DNA of 64,000 bases from the human T2T-CHM13v2.0 reference genome, Homo sapiens, in the NCBI RefSeq assembly GCF_009914755.1, contig NC_060926.1; one strand, given 5' to 3'. Both the position numbers and the translations under genes were made by a program. A model generated the notes under the pieces. It was not told where the DNA came from. It ran no database searches and saw nothing but the letters and a program-made list of their open reading frames with translations. Of the stretch, positions 12,993 to 25,738 are shown in pieces. Position 1 is the first letter of the stretch. The number at the start of each line of letters is the position of its first letter.

Positions 12993-13399
12993 CTTCAAGG
13001 AATGAATAACAAAGAATCCCGCTGTGAGAATTATATATAGCATTTTATGTGACACGTTAGGCATAGCCATGTTCTAGGTGCTAATTATGAAACAGCAAAC
13101 ACAGAAAGCTTGTGTCCCTCCCTGAGTCAGCTGGGCCCACATTGCATTTCTCTCTAAGGTCAGTATGGCTTCATGCAAAACCCTTCTCCTCCACCCTCTG
13201 CTGACCAGAGAACAGTGACCCCCTTAAGCTCCTCAACAGCACAACCCAAAAGCAAAGGTGCAATTTAATTCTTAGCCTCAAACACAGCCCATTTGGAAGG
13301 ACACCAGTCACTAGGGTATTGTTAGTGCCTTGAAATGGCCAAGAGGGATTGCTGACTCTGCGAATATCACTCGAAAGGCAGGAATTCTATTTGAATTAC

Positions 13400-15800
13400 T
13401 AACATAACAGATGTTTGCTAGGCTCCACCATGCAGTCTGCATACAGTTATGCTAATTTGGCAGCACTTCTCTTCCAGTTAGCTCTGAGCCATTAGAGCAC
13501 GCAGCTAGTAGGTCCTTCTGTCTAACTAATAATTGCCTATTATTGATATTAATTAACATTTTTTGCACCTTTCCTCAGTTTTGACCTAGTATCTGTTGGT
13601 AGTCTAATCACTGTGGCCTATTAAAAGTCAAAATACAGGGGCCTACAGTAGTCACGAGCCATTTATCAAAAAGCAAACAAGGCCAATTAAACAGGCAGCC
13701 AGACAGTTGTCTTGATTTGCCGCTGACTGTTTCTTGATCACCATTATAAATTGCTAATAGGGCAGAAAGCGCTAAGCGGGGAGCATCTGTGGGGGTCTGG
13801 TTATTGCTCACTCCCCGCCTGGTGACAGGTGAGAGAGAGGCTAGTGATGGTCTTATTGATGTGAACTGCCCATCAATTGGTAGTTATTGTTAAAGTTCAT
13901 GATGCTACAGCTGATCCCGTCCTGCTGAGAGTCAATCAAATTAATTAGAGCTAGAAATTCTTCTTTATTATTTTAAAGCACCGGTACAGAAAGAAGCCCT
14001 GTAATTTGGATCCAAAGGCAATGAAGAAAAAAAATCTTCATGTAGTACAGTGTGAAAAAAAAAAATCAGATATTGCTTCTTCCATTATTTATAATAAGGT
14101 TTGCGGCTAAAGGTTTTTATAGGCACAGATCAAGAGATCATAATAGAAGCATATTGACAGATTTTTTTCTGCAATACTCTAAGGAACTGGCTGTAGCAGG
14201 AAAATATATCAAAACCTTATCATCAGAGCTGAGATCTTCTGTGAAAAATCAATAAAGAGTTATACATGGTTTGAGTTTAAACAGTTCTCTGTAGTCATTT
14301 AAACATAGTGCATCTGTACAGCTTTTTACCTCTGGAGACCAAGGTAACCTAGCAACTGCAGGGCTTAAACCGATTAACTACAAATGAAGTACTGTACGCC
14401 TATCAAAGCAATTGTTCATCGTTGCCTTTGTTGCAGAGACTAAGCTAATTGAACATGATACAGTATGAAGATAATTAACACCCATGAGTTTGTTAATTGC
14501 CTGTTAGCATTACAACACAGTCTCTTGGTTTCTTTTTAACTGTCTCCTTTGTAGCCTCTTACTTCCCTTAAAATGGTGCAGGACCTGTTTAACTGGCAAT
14601 GATATCTTGGAGTTTATTAACCCTTTTAAAATTTTTTTTTTTTTTAAAAAAAGCCATCTTAATGAAGCATATTGCATGTGCTTGTTAAATGCAAGCTCCC
14701 ACTTTGTCGCTCTATTTTCCCAAGATTGGAAATTTGTTTTACAGATACTGTACAAACTATGTTTATTTTTCGTGCTAATTTATTTCAAGCAATTTAGCCA
14801 TTATAAATGCTCTTGAAAAAAAAACAGCTTTAGTGGTTCCCTTTATTACTCAGCTGCTCTGCTTTCGAGAGTAAGCGATAAATGTCTTTGAGGGTTGGAA
14901 TATTAATTGAAGGCAGCATCTGGTCAGCAGCTGACCGGCTCCAGTTGTCCTGCTCCAACCGAGCAGGCGAGAAAGAAGCTTTGCTGGCTCTCTTTGCCAG
15001 GCTCTCACTTTTCCTTGGAGCCATGGACTAAATGAACCCCCATTTTATCTCTGCTGGATCACTGCATGGATGCCAGAAAATCAATTGGGCAGGAAAATCT
15101 GTTAATCTAAAGTGAATTCAATCTAAGGAATCATTTAAAATAAAAATTTCAATCATTACTTTTTCAGAAAAGCACTTTTTTCCCTCAAGTCTGTGTGTAC
15201 ATGTCATGACGATACTTCGAAAGGACCTATAGCAAGAGTAATTTGAAGTCAATAGAATTGTCTTGCAAAGAACAATTTGCTTTTTGGAAAAAAAAAAAAA
15301 ATAGGGTGGCTGATTACAAACTTAAGAGGAAATGGAAAACCCAAACACTGTGTGGCCAGAAACCATTAACACACTCTAGCCCAGAATACACATCAGGACA
15401 GATTTTTCTCCTGTTGAGAAGGAATACCTTGGCTGTGTTACAATTGTTTAACTTGGATTTTCCTGCACGATCCTCTGTGTTTGTCGTTACCATGTCGCGG
15501 TTAATACTTGCTGGTAAGCCAGTCCCAGGGGAGCCATTTCTAGTGCCCAATTACAAGTTCTATCATCAATCATAAGTATTATTTATTCAACAAAATGAAT
15601 TGCTAATTAATAACTGATGAGCATTATGGCCTTGAAGACTATAACACTATTAATTATGGTTGGCATGAAAGGGGTCTACCTGGCACATTTTCACCACAAT
15701 TAGCCCTGGAAGCTTTCATGGACTATGTCTATTAAGATAATATAAGAAAAGGCTGACCTTCCTTCCCCTCCTGCATAAGGACTAATACATTATCTCAGGT
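13400..15800. promoter_or_regulatory. Candidate conserved developmental enhancer block (probably CsA of the HOXD Global Control Region)
   Basis: Inside a ~4-kb stretch with no recognisable TE; many TAAT/TAATTA sites, ATCAATCA (15565), TGACAG (13823), ATCAAAG (14402) and an RFX X-box (14344). Locus identity inferred from the neighbouring EXTL2 retrocopy. Confidence 0.55.
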
Positions 15801-17164
15801 TAGAACTTCACCAAATCAACCCCGGTATTCCAACATTGTTTTTCCTGTGCACCATGACTTGTATGAGAAGCATGGCATGGAGAAAAGAACTCCCCATAGA
15901 GGTTGGCAGGTACAAAATGCAGCCACACATGCCCAGCCGTGCTCCTGCTGAAATGCTGCAAGGGGTGACTCAGCCATAGCCTAGCACTTGGAATGTGGCT
16001 GCCAGCTTATTTTTAGACTCAGTTGTTGCCCAGCTCCTGTTCTGAGCTCTGGGTCCAGGCACACAGCAGCTAAATCACTTCAGCAGGCAGCTGGCAGACG
16101 AAGACTGTTCACATTTACTGGCAGGCTGGTGGGAGTACATCGTTCACCTTAAGGACTTCCTGATCAGACACTTAAAGAAGGGAAGCTAAGAAATGCCCTC
16201 TTGCCCACTACTGGGGAAGGAGAAAACAGTAGGTTTGAAGAATGAACACACACAAAAATATAATACTGCTGTGAACCTCTTTGAAAGCAGAACAAATCTA
16301 CTACCTCTGTGCTCTGTGTAGCTAAGTCTCTATGCCCAAAGCTCTGTGGGTGACCAAATATGGGTGGATGATAAAGCACTGCAAAGACTTTTTAAAGTTA
16401 TACGAATAATATAAGGGAAAAACTTTTTTCCTCCTGCATATGTGTAAGCTCTAGAAGGAAAGAGCTTGTTAAATAGTTATCTGGATCATTCTGTAGTTTA
16501 GACAATTATTTCACATTTAATGCTGGATGGATTTTGGAGAATAAGCAATTTACATGAATCAAATTAACTAAAGAAATGAAAAAGCACTCTCTTTCTGCTG
16601 GATAAACAGAACAGCCAGTCTCGCATTATTTCAGTTAAATATGTTTAGGGTTCAAATTATACAAGCATCTTCCCTTACCATTCTGTCAAACAGCAGAGAT
16701 CTCAGCCCTCTTTTTGTGGGTGGTTACATGTGTCCTTTGAGGGGAAAAAAGAAAAGAAAAAGTGCACCCCACATCCATATGGCATGATTATCGGTGAAGT
16801 TATTTTTAGCTTTACAAAATCAAGAGTTAGGAAAATTCATAGAGTGAAAGAAATGTTCATAAAACAGCCTAATTAAGCAAAACATTTTTCAGAGTTTCCA
16901 CCACATTTCTCTGTAAAGACACTGACAAGTGAATACACCCAGCTGGTAAGGGCTTGCCAGCATTTAGGTTAGTAAAGTGGTAAATTATTTGTGTTTCATG
17001 GTGGCAAATGTACCTATTTCTGCAAAGGCTAGGACAGAACAGCCAAAAGAGGCCATTTAGTTGACACTGATTAATGGAAAGAGCAAGTAAAAATTTAAGG
17101 AAGGAAGGGAGAAAAAAGGGGTAGAAAGAGTTCAGTGGAAGTGGAAGAGGAAAAATGGAGGATG

Positions 17165-17395
17165 GGCTGGTAAGAAACCTTGGATTCAAAAGCTGGCTCC
17201 ACCACTTTCTGCATTCAGAAGCCTGAACAAATCAGTTCATCTATCTGAGCCTCAGTTTACACTTTTGTAAATGGGAGTTATTCATACTTCTACTTGTCTT
17301 GAAGATTTGTAGGGAGGAGCCAGTGAATAGGGTGTTTGTGTCTTTAGTTTTGAAAGCACTTTGAAAACAAATAGTTACATAGAAATGTAAGATTT
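17165..17395 (+). mobile_element. MIR
   Basis: ccttggattcaaaagctggctccaccact...ctgagcctcagtttacacttttgtaaatggg. Confidence 0.7.
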
Positions 17396-17419
17396 CTAAT
17401 AATTTTGCTTGTTTGCTAC

Positions 17420-17865
17420 TGAGAGGTGAAGCCAGCTGGACTTCCTAGGTTGAGTGGGGACTTGGAGAACTTTTCTGTCTTACAAGAGGATTGTAAAATG
17501 CACCAATCAGTGCTCTGTAGCTAGCAAGAGGATTGTAAAATGCACCAATCAGCAGGATCCTAAAAGTAGCCAATCTCAGGGAGGATTGAAAAAAGGGCAC
17601 TCTGATAGGACAGAAACAGAACATGGGAGGGGCCAATAAGGGAATAAAAGCTGGCCACCCCAGCCAATAGAGGCAATCCGCTCGGGTTCCCTTCCATGCT
17701 GTGGAAGTTCTGTTCTTTCGCTCTTCACGAGAAACCTTGCTACTTCTCACTCTTTGGGTCCATGTCATCTTTAAGGGCTGTAACACTCACTGCAAAGGTC
17801 CCACGGCTTCATTCTTGAAGTCAGCGAGACCACGAACCCACCAGAAGGAACAAACTCTGGACACA
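17420..17865 (+). mobile_element. LTR12-family (ERV9, LTR12F-like) solo LTR
   Basis: tgagaggtgaagccagctggacttcc...gaaggaacaaactctggacaca with TG...CA termini; 4-bp TSD ctac (17416-17419, 17866-17869); repeated gattgtaaaatgcaccaatcag units. Confidence 0.9.
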
Positions 17866-18159
17866 CTACTAGCCCATCTCAATCCAGTTATTTCAAGCAA
17901 AGTGGCCAGGTAGGCTCCAAAGGCTGTATGTAGAAGGGAACATATCACCCAGACCCTCAGTTTGAGAATTAAAGACTGGGTCAGTAGTTGAGAGTATTGA
18001 AGCCTGCATGAGGGAATATCATGTTTTCTTACATCAAAAGTCAAGCAAAGATACCTGAGCCACAAATAGCCACTTCCTACGATCACACCTGAGGCTACCC
18101 CTACAGAGAACTCCAACCTTATGCACAATAATAACATCAGGAAATTAACGAGGTAGTTA

Positions 18160-18250
18160 TTCTGGATAGGTCTGGTGTGGGGCCTAGAAAAATCTGCATC
18201 TTAATCAGCAGCTCTGGTCTTTCTGAGGCAGGCAGTTCACAACTACCAAA
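18160..18250. mobile_element. MER5-like hAT fragment
   Basis: taggtctggtgtggggcctagaaaaatctgcatcttaa. Confidence 0.45.
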
Positions 18251-18477
18251 CGAGAGACCGAGTTATGACTCCTGTGAGTAGAGCACAGCCCCAGCATGCA
18301 CTTCTCTCATTCTGCAGCATGGTTGTGAACATATTTGGACCAGGAGGCATCTTTTCAAGAGTCAAGAGAAACAAGGAATGGTGGAGGCTCAGTCCTTGTT
18401 TTCGGTAAGACAGGCTTGATTCAAGAAGTTATTTGCTCCTAGACTGCATGGGAAAGGCACTGTTTTGTAATCTTTAA

Positions 18478-19050
18478 AAGCTTTTTATTTTGAGACAATT
18501 GTAGATTCACGTACAGTTTTAGGAAACAATACAGGAAAGATCCTATGTACCCTTCACCCAGTTCACAACCAGGACACTGACATTGATACACTCCACCCAC
18601 CTTATTCAGATTTTACCAGTTATACATGCACTTATTTGTGTACATGTGTGGGTATTTAATTCAAAGTGGTTTTATCAAATGTGTAGAGTCATGTGACCAC
18701 AGTCAAGAAAAAGAACAGTGCCATCACCACAAGGATATGCAATCCTCTGTGTTGCTCCTTTATACCAAACCCGCTTCCGTCTTCATCTGCTCCATCCCAA
18801 GGTCTGAACCCATGGCAACCAACCAGTAATCTGTTCTCCATTCCTATAGTGTTATTTCAAGAATGTTATGTAAATTAAACAATATACCATGTGACCTCTT
18901 GAGATTGACTTTTCTCACTCAGCGTAATTCTGATAGTGGTGTAGTGCAATATAGAAGTAGTCCATTCTCACAGGCGTGTGGAGATATCTCATTGTGATTT
19001 TAATTTGCACTTCCCTAATGCCTAATGTTATTGAACATATTTCCTGGAGT
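18478..19050 (-). mobile_element. Old L1 (L1MC/MD-like) 3' fragment
   Basis: ttttattttgagacaattgtagattcac...atctcattgtgattttaatttgcacttccctaatg. Confidence 0.75.
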
Positions 19051-19087
19051 TTATTTTTCTCTTTTTCTAGTTTTATGATCTGAAAAC

Positions 19088-19650
19088 ATTTTTTATCTCC
19101 ATAGGTTATTGGGGAACAGGTGATGTTTGGTTACATGGGTAAGTTCTTCAGTGGTGATTTGTTAAGATTTTTGGTGCACCCGTCACCCGAACAGTATACA
19201 CTGCACCCTATTTGTAGTCTTTTAACCCTCACCCCTTCCCCTGAGTCCCCAAAGTCCACTGTATCATTCTTATGCCTTTGCATCCTCGTAGCTTAGCTCC
19301 CACTTATAAGCAAGAATATATGATGTTTGATTTTCCATTCCTGAGCTACCTCACTTAGAATAATAGTCTCCAATCTCATCCAGGTCGCTCCGAATGCCAT
19401 TAATTCATTCCTTTTTATGGCTGAGTAGTGTTCCATCATATATATATACCACAGTTTCTTTATCCACTCCTTGATTGATGGACATTTGTGTTGGTTCCAC
19501 GTTTTTGCAATTGCGAATTGTGGTGCTATAAACATGCGTGTGCAAGTTTCTTTTTTGTATGACTTCTTTTCCTCTGGGTGGATACCCATTAGTGGGATTG
19601 CTGGATCAAATGGTAGTTCTACTTTTAGTTCTTTAAGGAATCTCCATATC
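19088..19650 (-). mobile_element. L1PB-like 3' end
   Basis: ORF 19293..19661 reads IWRFLKELKVELPFDPAIPLMGI...MFIAPQFAIAKTWNQHKCPS (ORF2p C-terminus) plus an L1PB-type 3' UTR. Confidence 0.9.
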
Positions 19651-19944
19651 CTTTGTGGCACTGATCAAGGAAATAGAAATGCTACTCCTAAAGCCTCAGG
19701 AAAAGGAATTAAAGAACCTAAACCAACTTCACAAACATGTAGACATACACATTTCTCCTCCTCTTGTAGGGAAATTATCCTGCATCTTTACTTCCCCAAA
19801 CACTTAAGACTAACCTTCTGCCCTTAAAAGACTAATTCTCTTTTCTCTAAAATAAATGGACCTTGGACGTAGGCTGTGGGGTAACATCAAAAATGTTCCT
19901 TTTTGAAATATAATTTTTGACGCCTCAGCCTCACAGTGAATCTT

Positions 19945-20410
19945 TTTTTAATTTAATTTTTTATTTCAATAGTTTTGAGGGTACAGGTGGTTTCTGGTTA
20001 CATGGATAAGTTCTTTAGTGGTGATTTCTGAGATTTTGGTGCACCTGTACCCTGTATCCAGAGCAGTGTACACTGTACCCAGTAGGTAGTCTTTTATCCC
20101 TCATCTCCCTTCTACACTTTCCTTCCAACCAAGTCTCCAAAATTCCATTATATCATTCTTATGCATTTGCATCCTCATAGCTTAGCTCCCACTTATAAGT
20201 GAGAACATTTGATATTTGGTTTTTCATTCCTGAGTTGTTTCACTTAGAATAATGACCACCAGCTCCATCCAAGTTGCTACAAAATACAGTATTTCATTCC
20301 TTTTTATGGCTGAGTAGTATTCCATAGCGTATATACACCTCATTTTCTTTAACTACTCATTGGTTGATGGGCACTTACATTGGTTCCATATTTTTGCAAT
20401 CATGAATTGT
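19945..20410 (-). mobile_element. L1PB/L1MA1-like 3' end with TSD
   Basis: ttcaatagttttgagggtacaggtggtttctggttacatggataagttc...; TSD gcctcacagt(g/a)aatctt at 19928-19944 and 20411-20427. Confidence 0.9.
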
Positions 20411-20474
20411 GCCTCACAGTAAATCTTACTACATTATAGATGCTCTGCTCCACCCAGGTTTCTCTGGAGAAAGT

Positions 20475-20536
20475 GCTCTTTGCTGAGGGAAGGTCTCCAA
20501 AATCAGCTCTTTGCTGAGGGAGGGCCTCCAAAATCA
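20475..20536. repeat. 31-bp tandem duplication
   Basis: gctctttgctgagggaaggtctccaaaatca / gctctttgctgagggagggcctccaaaatca (2 mismatches). Confidence 0.92.
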
Positions 20537-20559
20537 ACACAGCATCCACTATAACACTT

Positions 20560-21060
20560 AAAATGAAAAAGGTAGAAATAAAATATGTGAAAAAAATAGA
20601 ATATAAGTCAGGAAGAATGATAGGAGTTGAAATGCTCTAAAGTTCTTGTATTGTTTGGGACAAGAGTAAGAATATTGGTTAACTTTAGCCTTTACTAAAA
20701 CCATTTTTTAAAAAAACTGATTACGAGAAATGTACTAAAGGATAAGGATATGAAAAGGTGAAAGTACAAAGATGGGAAAAGGCATACAAAGCAAGTACTC
20801 AAACAATCAACAATAACAACAAAAGCTTAGGGAGCTCCACTAATAGCAGACAAAATAGGCTTTAAAACAAATAGAATTACTAGAGATTAAACAGTCACTA
20901 CGGAATGATTAAGTTTTGTTCACCAGAAAGATATAACAATTCTGAACTTGAATACACTTGTAACAAACCCTCAAAAATATTATATAAAAATTGTCAGAAC
21001 CACAAAGAAGTACAATCAAACATATAATCGATAAATCACAGAGACCAATAAATCAGGAAG
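20560..21060 (+). mobile_element. Ancient L1M fragment (start of ORF2 endonuclease region)
   Basis: gatgggaaaaggcatac...ctaatagcagacaaaataggctttaaaacaa...caccagaaagatataacaattctgaacttg resembles degraded L1 endonuclease-coding sequence. Confidence 0.6.
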
Positions 21061-21352
21061 GATTCTAAAGATGTGAAACTGAGGCTCACAGAGGTTATAA
21101 CTTATGACCGAGTTGGGATTCAATTCCAGGGTATCTTACTCCACTCCAGAGCACTTTCCATGTTCCCTCTAGAAGAGATGGTGGAATTGAAAGAATGAAG
21201 GGACAAGAAGAGACACGACACTGATATCAGACTTTGGTTGTAGAATGTATCTTTTTGGTGGAGATCATATTTTCCTATTTCTTTCACTCAAATCTACTAT
21301 AGAGAGTGTTGAAAGGTATGATAATGTCTATGACAGCAAAATGGTATGATTT

Positions 21353-21645
21353 GTGGGGGTTGAGGGGAGTTGGGGATGGTTAATGAGTACAAAAAATAGA
21401 ATAAGAGCTACTATTTGATAGCACAACCGGGTGACTATAATCAATAATAATTTAATTGTACATTTTAAAATAACTAAAAGACTAAAATTGGGTTGTCTGT
21501 AATACAAAGGATAAATGCTTGAGGGGGTGAATATCCCATTCTCTATAATGTGACTATGATGCATTGCATGCCCGTGTCAAAACATCTCATATACCTCATA
21601 ACATATACACCTACTATATACCCACAAAAATTAAAAAAAAAATTT
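21353..21645 (+). mobile_element. L1MA 3' end with TSD
   Basis: gggatggttaatgagtacaaaaaatag...tttgatagcacaac...cccacaaaaattaaaaaaaa; TSD aaatggtatg(a/g)ttt at 21339 and 21646. Confidence 0.88.
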
Positions 21646-22589
21646 AAATGGTATGGTTTTTTCAGATACCAATCAGGTGACTAATATATCAGTTGTTCCT
21701 GATTCCTTGCTCTTCTTCATTGTTAGGTGTAGATGGTAGAAAAAAATATATATATTTCTTTGCTGCTCAGGACCAGTAGCAATATTGATCTTCACAGAGA
21801 GAACCTCTCCTTAGTTAGTCTAAGTTGTCTGAGAAAAGTGACTTATAAAACAAAATCTTATCTGACAATAAGAGTGATGCCCCCTTCCCCAGCCCCCAGC
21901 ATCTCTTCTGATTTTCAAGCTACATTTTATCTTATGGATAAGATAGATCTGTTATGAAGTCAGATAAGCTCGAATCAATGTCACCAGAAAATTGCAAAAT
22001 CGTTTGCCCAGAATATAAGGATTTTACCTCTTTTTTCCTTCAGTAGGAGTCATGGATAATGGCACTTAGAGAAAAATGTTCCAGTGTGGTGGCCATTTTT
22101 CTGTTTTAACAGGTCTCATCTTCTAGTAAATAAACACTGAGCCAAGCCTGGCAAATGAAATGCTTACCAGGGGCTCAGCCCTCCCAGCCAAAGTTCCCAT
22201 GAGGACAGAGAGCTGCAGCCCTGGAAACGTGCTTCCTGGGAGATCCAGTTGAGGTAGCAAGGCAGTCACCCTGAGAAACACAAATCAGCCTCAACCCTGT
22301 GGCAGGACAGGTCACCCAGAAGCCCAGCCCTAGTTGAGAGGCCAGCGGTGAGGCCAGGGATTACCTCTAAATCTCTGGGATTCTTACCTACTTTGGGTCA
22401 TTGATTTCTCTGGAAAAGGAGTCAATACTATGTTCTCCCACTCTTCAGAAAAAAAGCATATACTCAGACACAGCAACTTTTGCTCACCAACCCAGGAGGT
22501 CTGACCCCAGTTAAAAACTATGGCCACAGCCTTAGCTTCTTATAGGACTTTTCTTAAATACCTGGTTCACTTTTTAGGGAGGAAGCAAG

Positions 22590-22830
22590 TGCTTGAGAGC
22601 ATGGTTTCCGCGGTCAGGTTCTCAGTCTGAACTCCCACCTCACCATTCACAGTGGCCTCACAACTGACTTTAAGCAAGCACCTTAACCTGTCTGTCACTC
22701 TTCATCTGTAAACTGGGGTAAGTAATGCCTGTTTCATAAGGATGTTATTACGGCTGAGTGAGTTCACTCATGAAAGAGTTTAGACGAGTGTCTGGTAGTT
22801 ATGGTAAAGAATCAACAATTCAAAATGTTC
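22590..22830 (+). mobile_element. MIR
   Basis: gactttaagcaagcaccttaacctgtctg...ttcatctgtaaactgggg. Confidence 0.65.
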
Positions 22831-23999
22831 ATCATTCATCTTATTGCCAGTCCCTTGTGAAAGTTTCTTGGCATCTGTTTGTGACAAGACCAGCTTCTTG
22901 GTTTAGGCTAAACTCTCTCTTCATCTCTCAGCCTGAATTCTCTCTTGCCTTCATCTTCTTACCCGACCTTTTTTGTTTGTGCAATAGTTCTTTTTGGCAG
23001 TCACAGAGCTAGCATAATACCTCAATATTTCCAAATTGAGGAAACACTCAAGGTCTTCTTCAACTAAACAAGTCTTTTCCTGGATTTGAGGATTGTTGTT
23101 TGAAACCTGTGTTTTCACCCTACCCACCCCCAAACTCAAGATCTGTGGGAGTCACAGTTTCTCACCCAGGCTTTCTCACTCACTGCTTCTTCAGCTGCTC
23201 CATCCCCCTCTCCCATCCTGGGTCTGGTCACCTCATCAGCTGGTCTCACCAGAGTTCAGTGGCCTGAATTCCGCTTTCCTAGACAAAACTGTACCTGCAC
23301 TAGAGGACAGACGCCTACAGGCATCTCCAGACCACGACTGTAGGTCCGAGACACAGAAAGCATAATGTGAGTGTCAGTTCATCCCTCAACAACTGGCACA
23401 TGCCCACCCTGGCTGAGTTGGGAAGGAAATAAATTTTGACTTTTAGAACTGCTCCTGCTTCCACATTGGTCCCTCTCCCTCATCCCAGGGGCCTTCATCT
23501 AAACCTATCCTGGGTTTCTCTATAATCACCCCTCCCAGGGAACAAATTAACAGAAACTAAGAAGTTGCCTCTCTTAATGGCTTTGAAATTTAGTGAGAAA
23601 TTTTGAAAAGAGAGCCACAGATAAGAACCTCCAATGAAAGCTTTTAGATGTCAAGCTCTTTTCAGGTGAGGATGGGGCAGGAGGAGACACCTGTCACAGC
23701 TGCCATATTGGATGGCTACCCACCCCCCAGCCTATCCATCAGGCTGTCCTGGTCACAGATCCAACACGGTTCTAGGCACACTGTTGGTTCTAATTAAGTC
23801 TTTGTTTAATTAATTGGCCCTTATAAATAATGTAAAAAAAATCAAAATAAATGGCTCCGTTGTATCCAGGGCACATTTGAGCCATACCTTAGACATACAG
23901 CCTTTGTATGCTAAGCGGGAAGAGAACTCATTTGTTGTGGGAGTTCTTATCATATTCCTGGTGGTGTGCTCCCTTTACTTCATATCATTTTTCCTGTCA

Positions 24000-24460
24000 T
24001 TCTATAAGGTTTGTAGTATTATTATCCTTAGGTTGCAGCAGAGAGTCTCCAGGAGCTTAAATAACTTAGAAAGGTATAATGGAGTAAAAATACAGTGGAC
24101 TTTGGACTCCTTTTTAGCTTCAAATCTTTGTCCTAATACATTCTAAGTTATGAAACAGATGACAGCAGAACTTTTCCTAAAGCAAAAGTGGGGGCCCATA
24201 GGAACCCCCACTGTGTACTCATCCAACTCTCACTTACCTCCCCTTGAAGAAACCTTGAAATACAATTGGAAGCTCCTGGATTCAAAGCCAGACACACCTG
24301 CCTGTGACTCCCAGCTTCACTGCCCCAAGTGGTGAGGACTCAGCCAGCCTCTACTTTCTGTTTGTCTGTCTATACAGGACGGGCTCGTTCTGATGACTGC
24401 CTGATGTGCGGGGGGCCTGAGGGGTTGCATACACAGCCAGCGCTGAGCAAATGGCAGTCA
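24000..24460. mobile_element. Degraded MIR fragments
   Basis: tattattatccttaggttgcag...ttaaataactt (minus) and cagacacacctgcctgtgactcccagcttcact (plus). Confidence 0.45.
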
Positions 24461-25738
24461 TGTGACCACTTACGTTTGCATAGTGAGCAAGTCATAGACC
24501 AAACCCAGGACAGGCAATTTCAGAGCTCATGCCTTGCCTGCCCCATTGTACCAACTCCAGGCTTCTAATTAGAACCTAAAGAAAGCACACAGGACCCAAA
24601 GGCAAGCCAGTTTATGATGAAATGTGGAATGCTAACAAGAAAGGAAGAACACCTGCAAAACAGACATTTTACAAAGAGAAGCACTGGCCCCACATTCATG
24701 CAGGCTGCCACGCTCCCTAGCATCGAGTACAGCTATTCAAGGGTGAATTGATTGAGTGTGGGAAAGGCTGATGGGAACACAAATGTGGGGCACTGGTAAA
24801 CACATGTGACTTGTGGAACCTTGTTTCACTTGTCTTAAAATACTGTATTAAAAATCCACCACATATGAAATTTCTTTTGATTTGCTTTGGAGTTTTTTTT
24901 TTAATCAGTTTGCAAATGTGATATGAATTTAAATATCTTGTAATAAATGTTAAAACACTTAAAACACAAGAGCTATGGAATCAGTTTGTCAATCACTTTT
25001 CTGTCAAAGCCTCATCATCAACTCTCTTTCTCAAGGTAATTCTAAAAATAAGGAAGTTACACCCTTCCACTGCAGCAGTAACTCTCCTTATTCAGCCACT
25101 AAGAGCAGACAGCATAGCAGACCTGGGGCATCCTTTATCCATGTCCCACCTCACCGGAGCAAGCACCCACCACCGTTTCTGCGCTGACGCCGCCACTGCA
25201 GAGAGCTCAGTGGGACTCAGAATACTCTGTCATTTGCTACAGCTGGGTCTGGCTAAGCTGACATGGCCTGGGGAAGCCAGTGCTGATTTAGGGGTGATTC
25301 AAGGCTCCCCAATTTGAGCCCAGTGACAGGAAAGGTGATAAAGAGGCACACGTTCAGGTTATTACTCTGAACTGCAAACTTGAAGAGAATAGCAACGAGC
25401 TTTCCTATGAAGATAATTCAAGATTTAACTAGCTCTGAATCCATGCTATTTCTTGAAGTACAATTTCATGCAGCTTCATTATAGAAAATAACACTGTCAT
25501 AATTTTTATTTTTCTTTACTAAGAAGAACTGTCAAATGGTGGCTCATTCTTTTACGTGAATGGGGCCATTAATGAGGTTTCACAGGTGTAACACAAGCCT
25601 CAGATTAATGTATTAGAAGGTAAATGGTTTAGACCTGAGTTGTTCTACTGCTATCTTTCAAACTATGCACAAAGTGTATTCAAATACCTTTAGATTGAGA
25701 TCCCATCTCCTTCCTTGTAAAGTGTCTTTTGCTTCACT

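Noticed and set aside
25165-25205. CpG-rich patch as a CpG island or CTCF site
   Set aside because: Only a few CpGs over ~40 bp and a poor match to the CTCF core.
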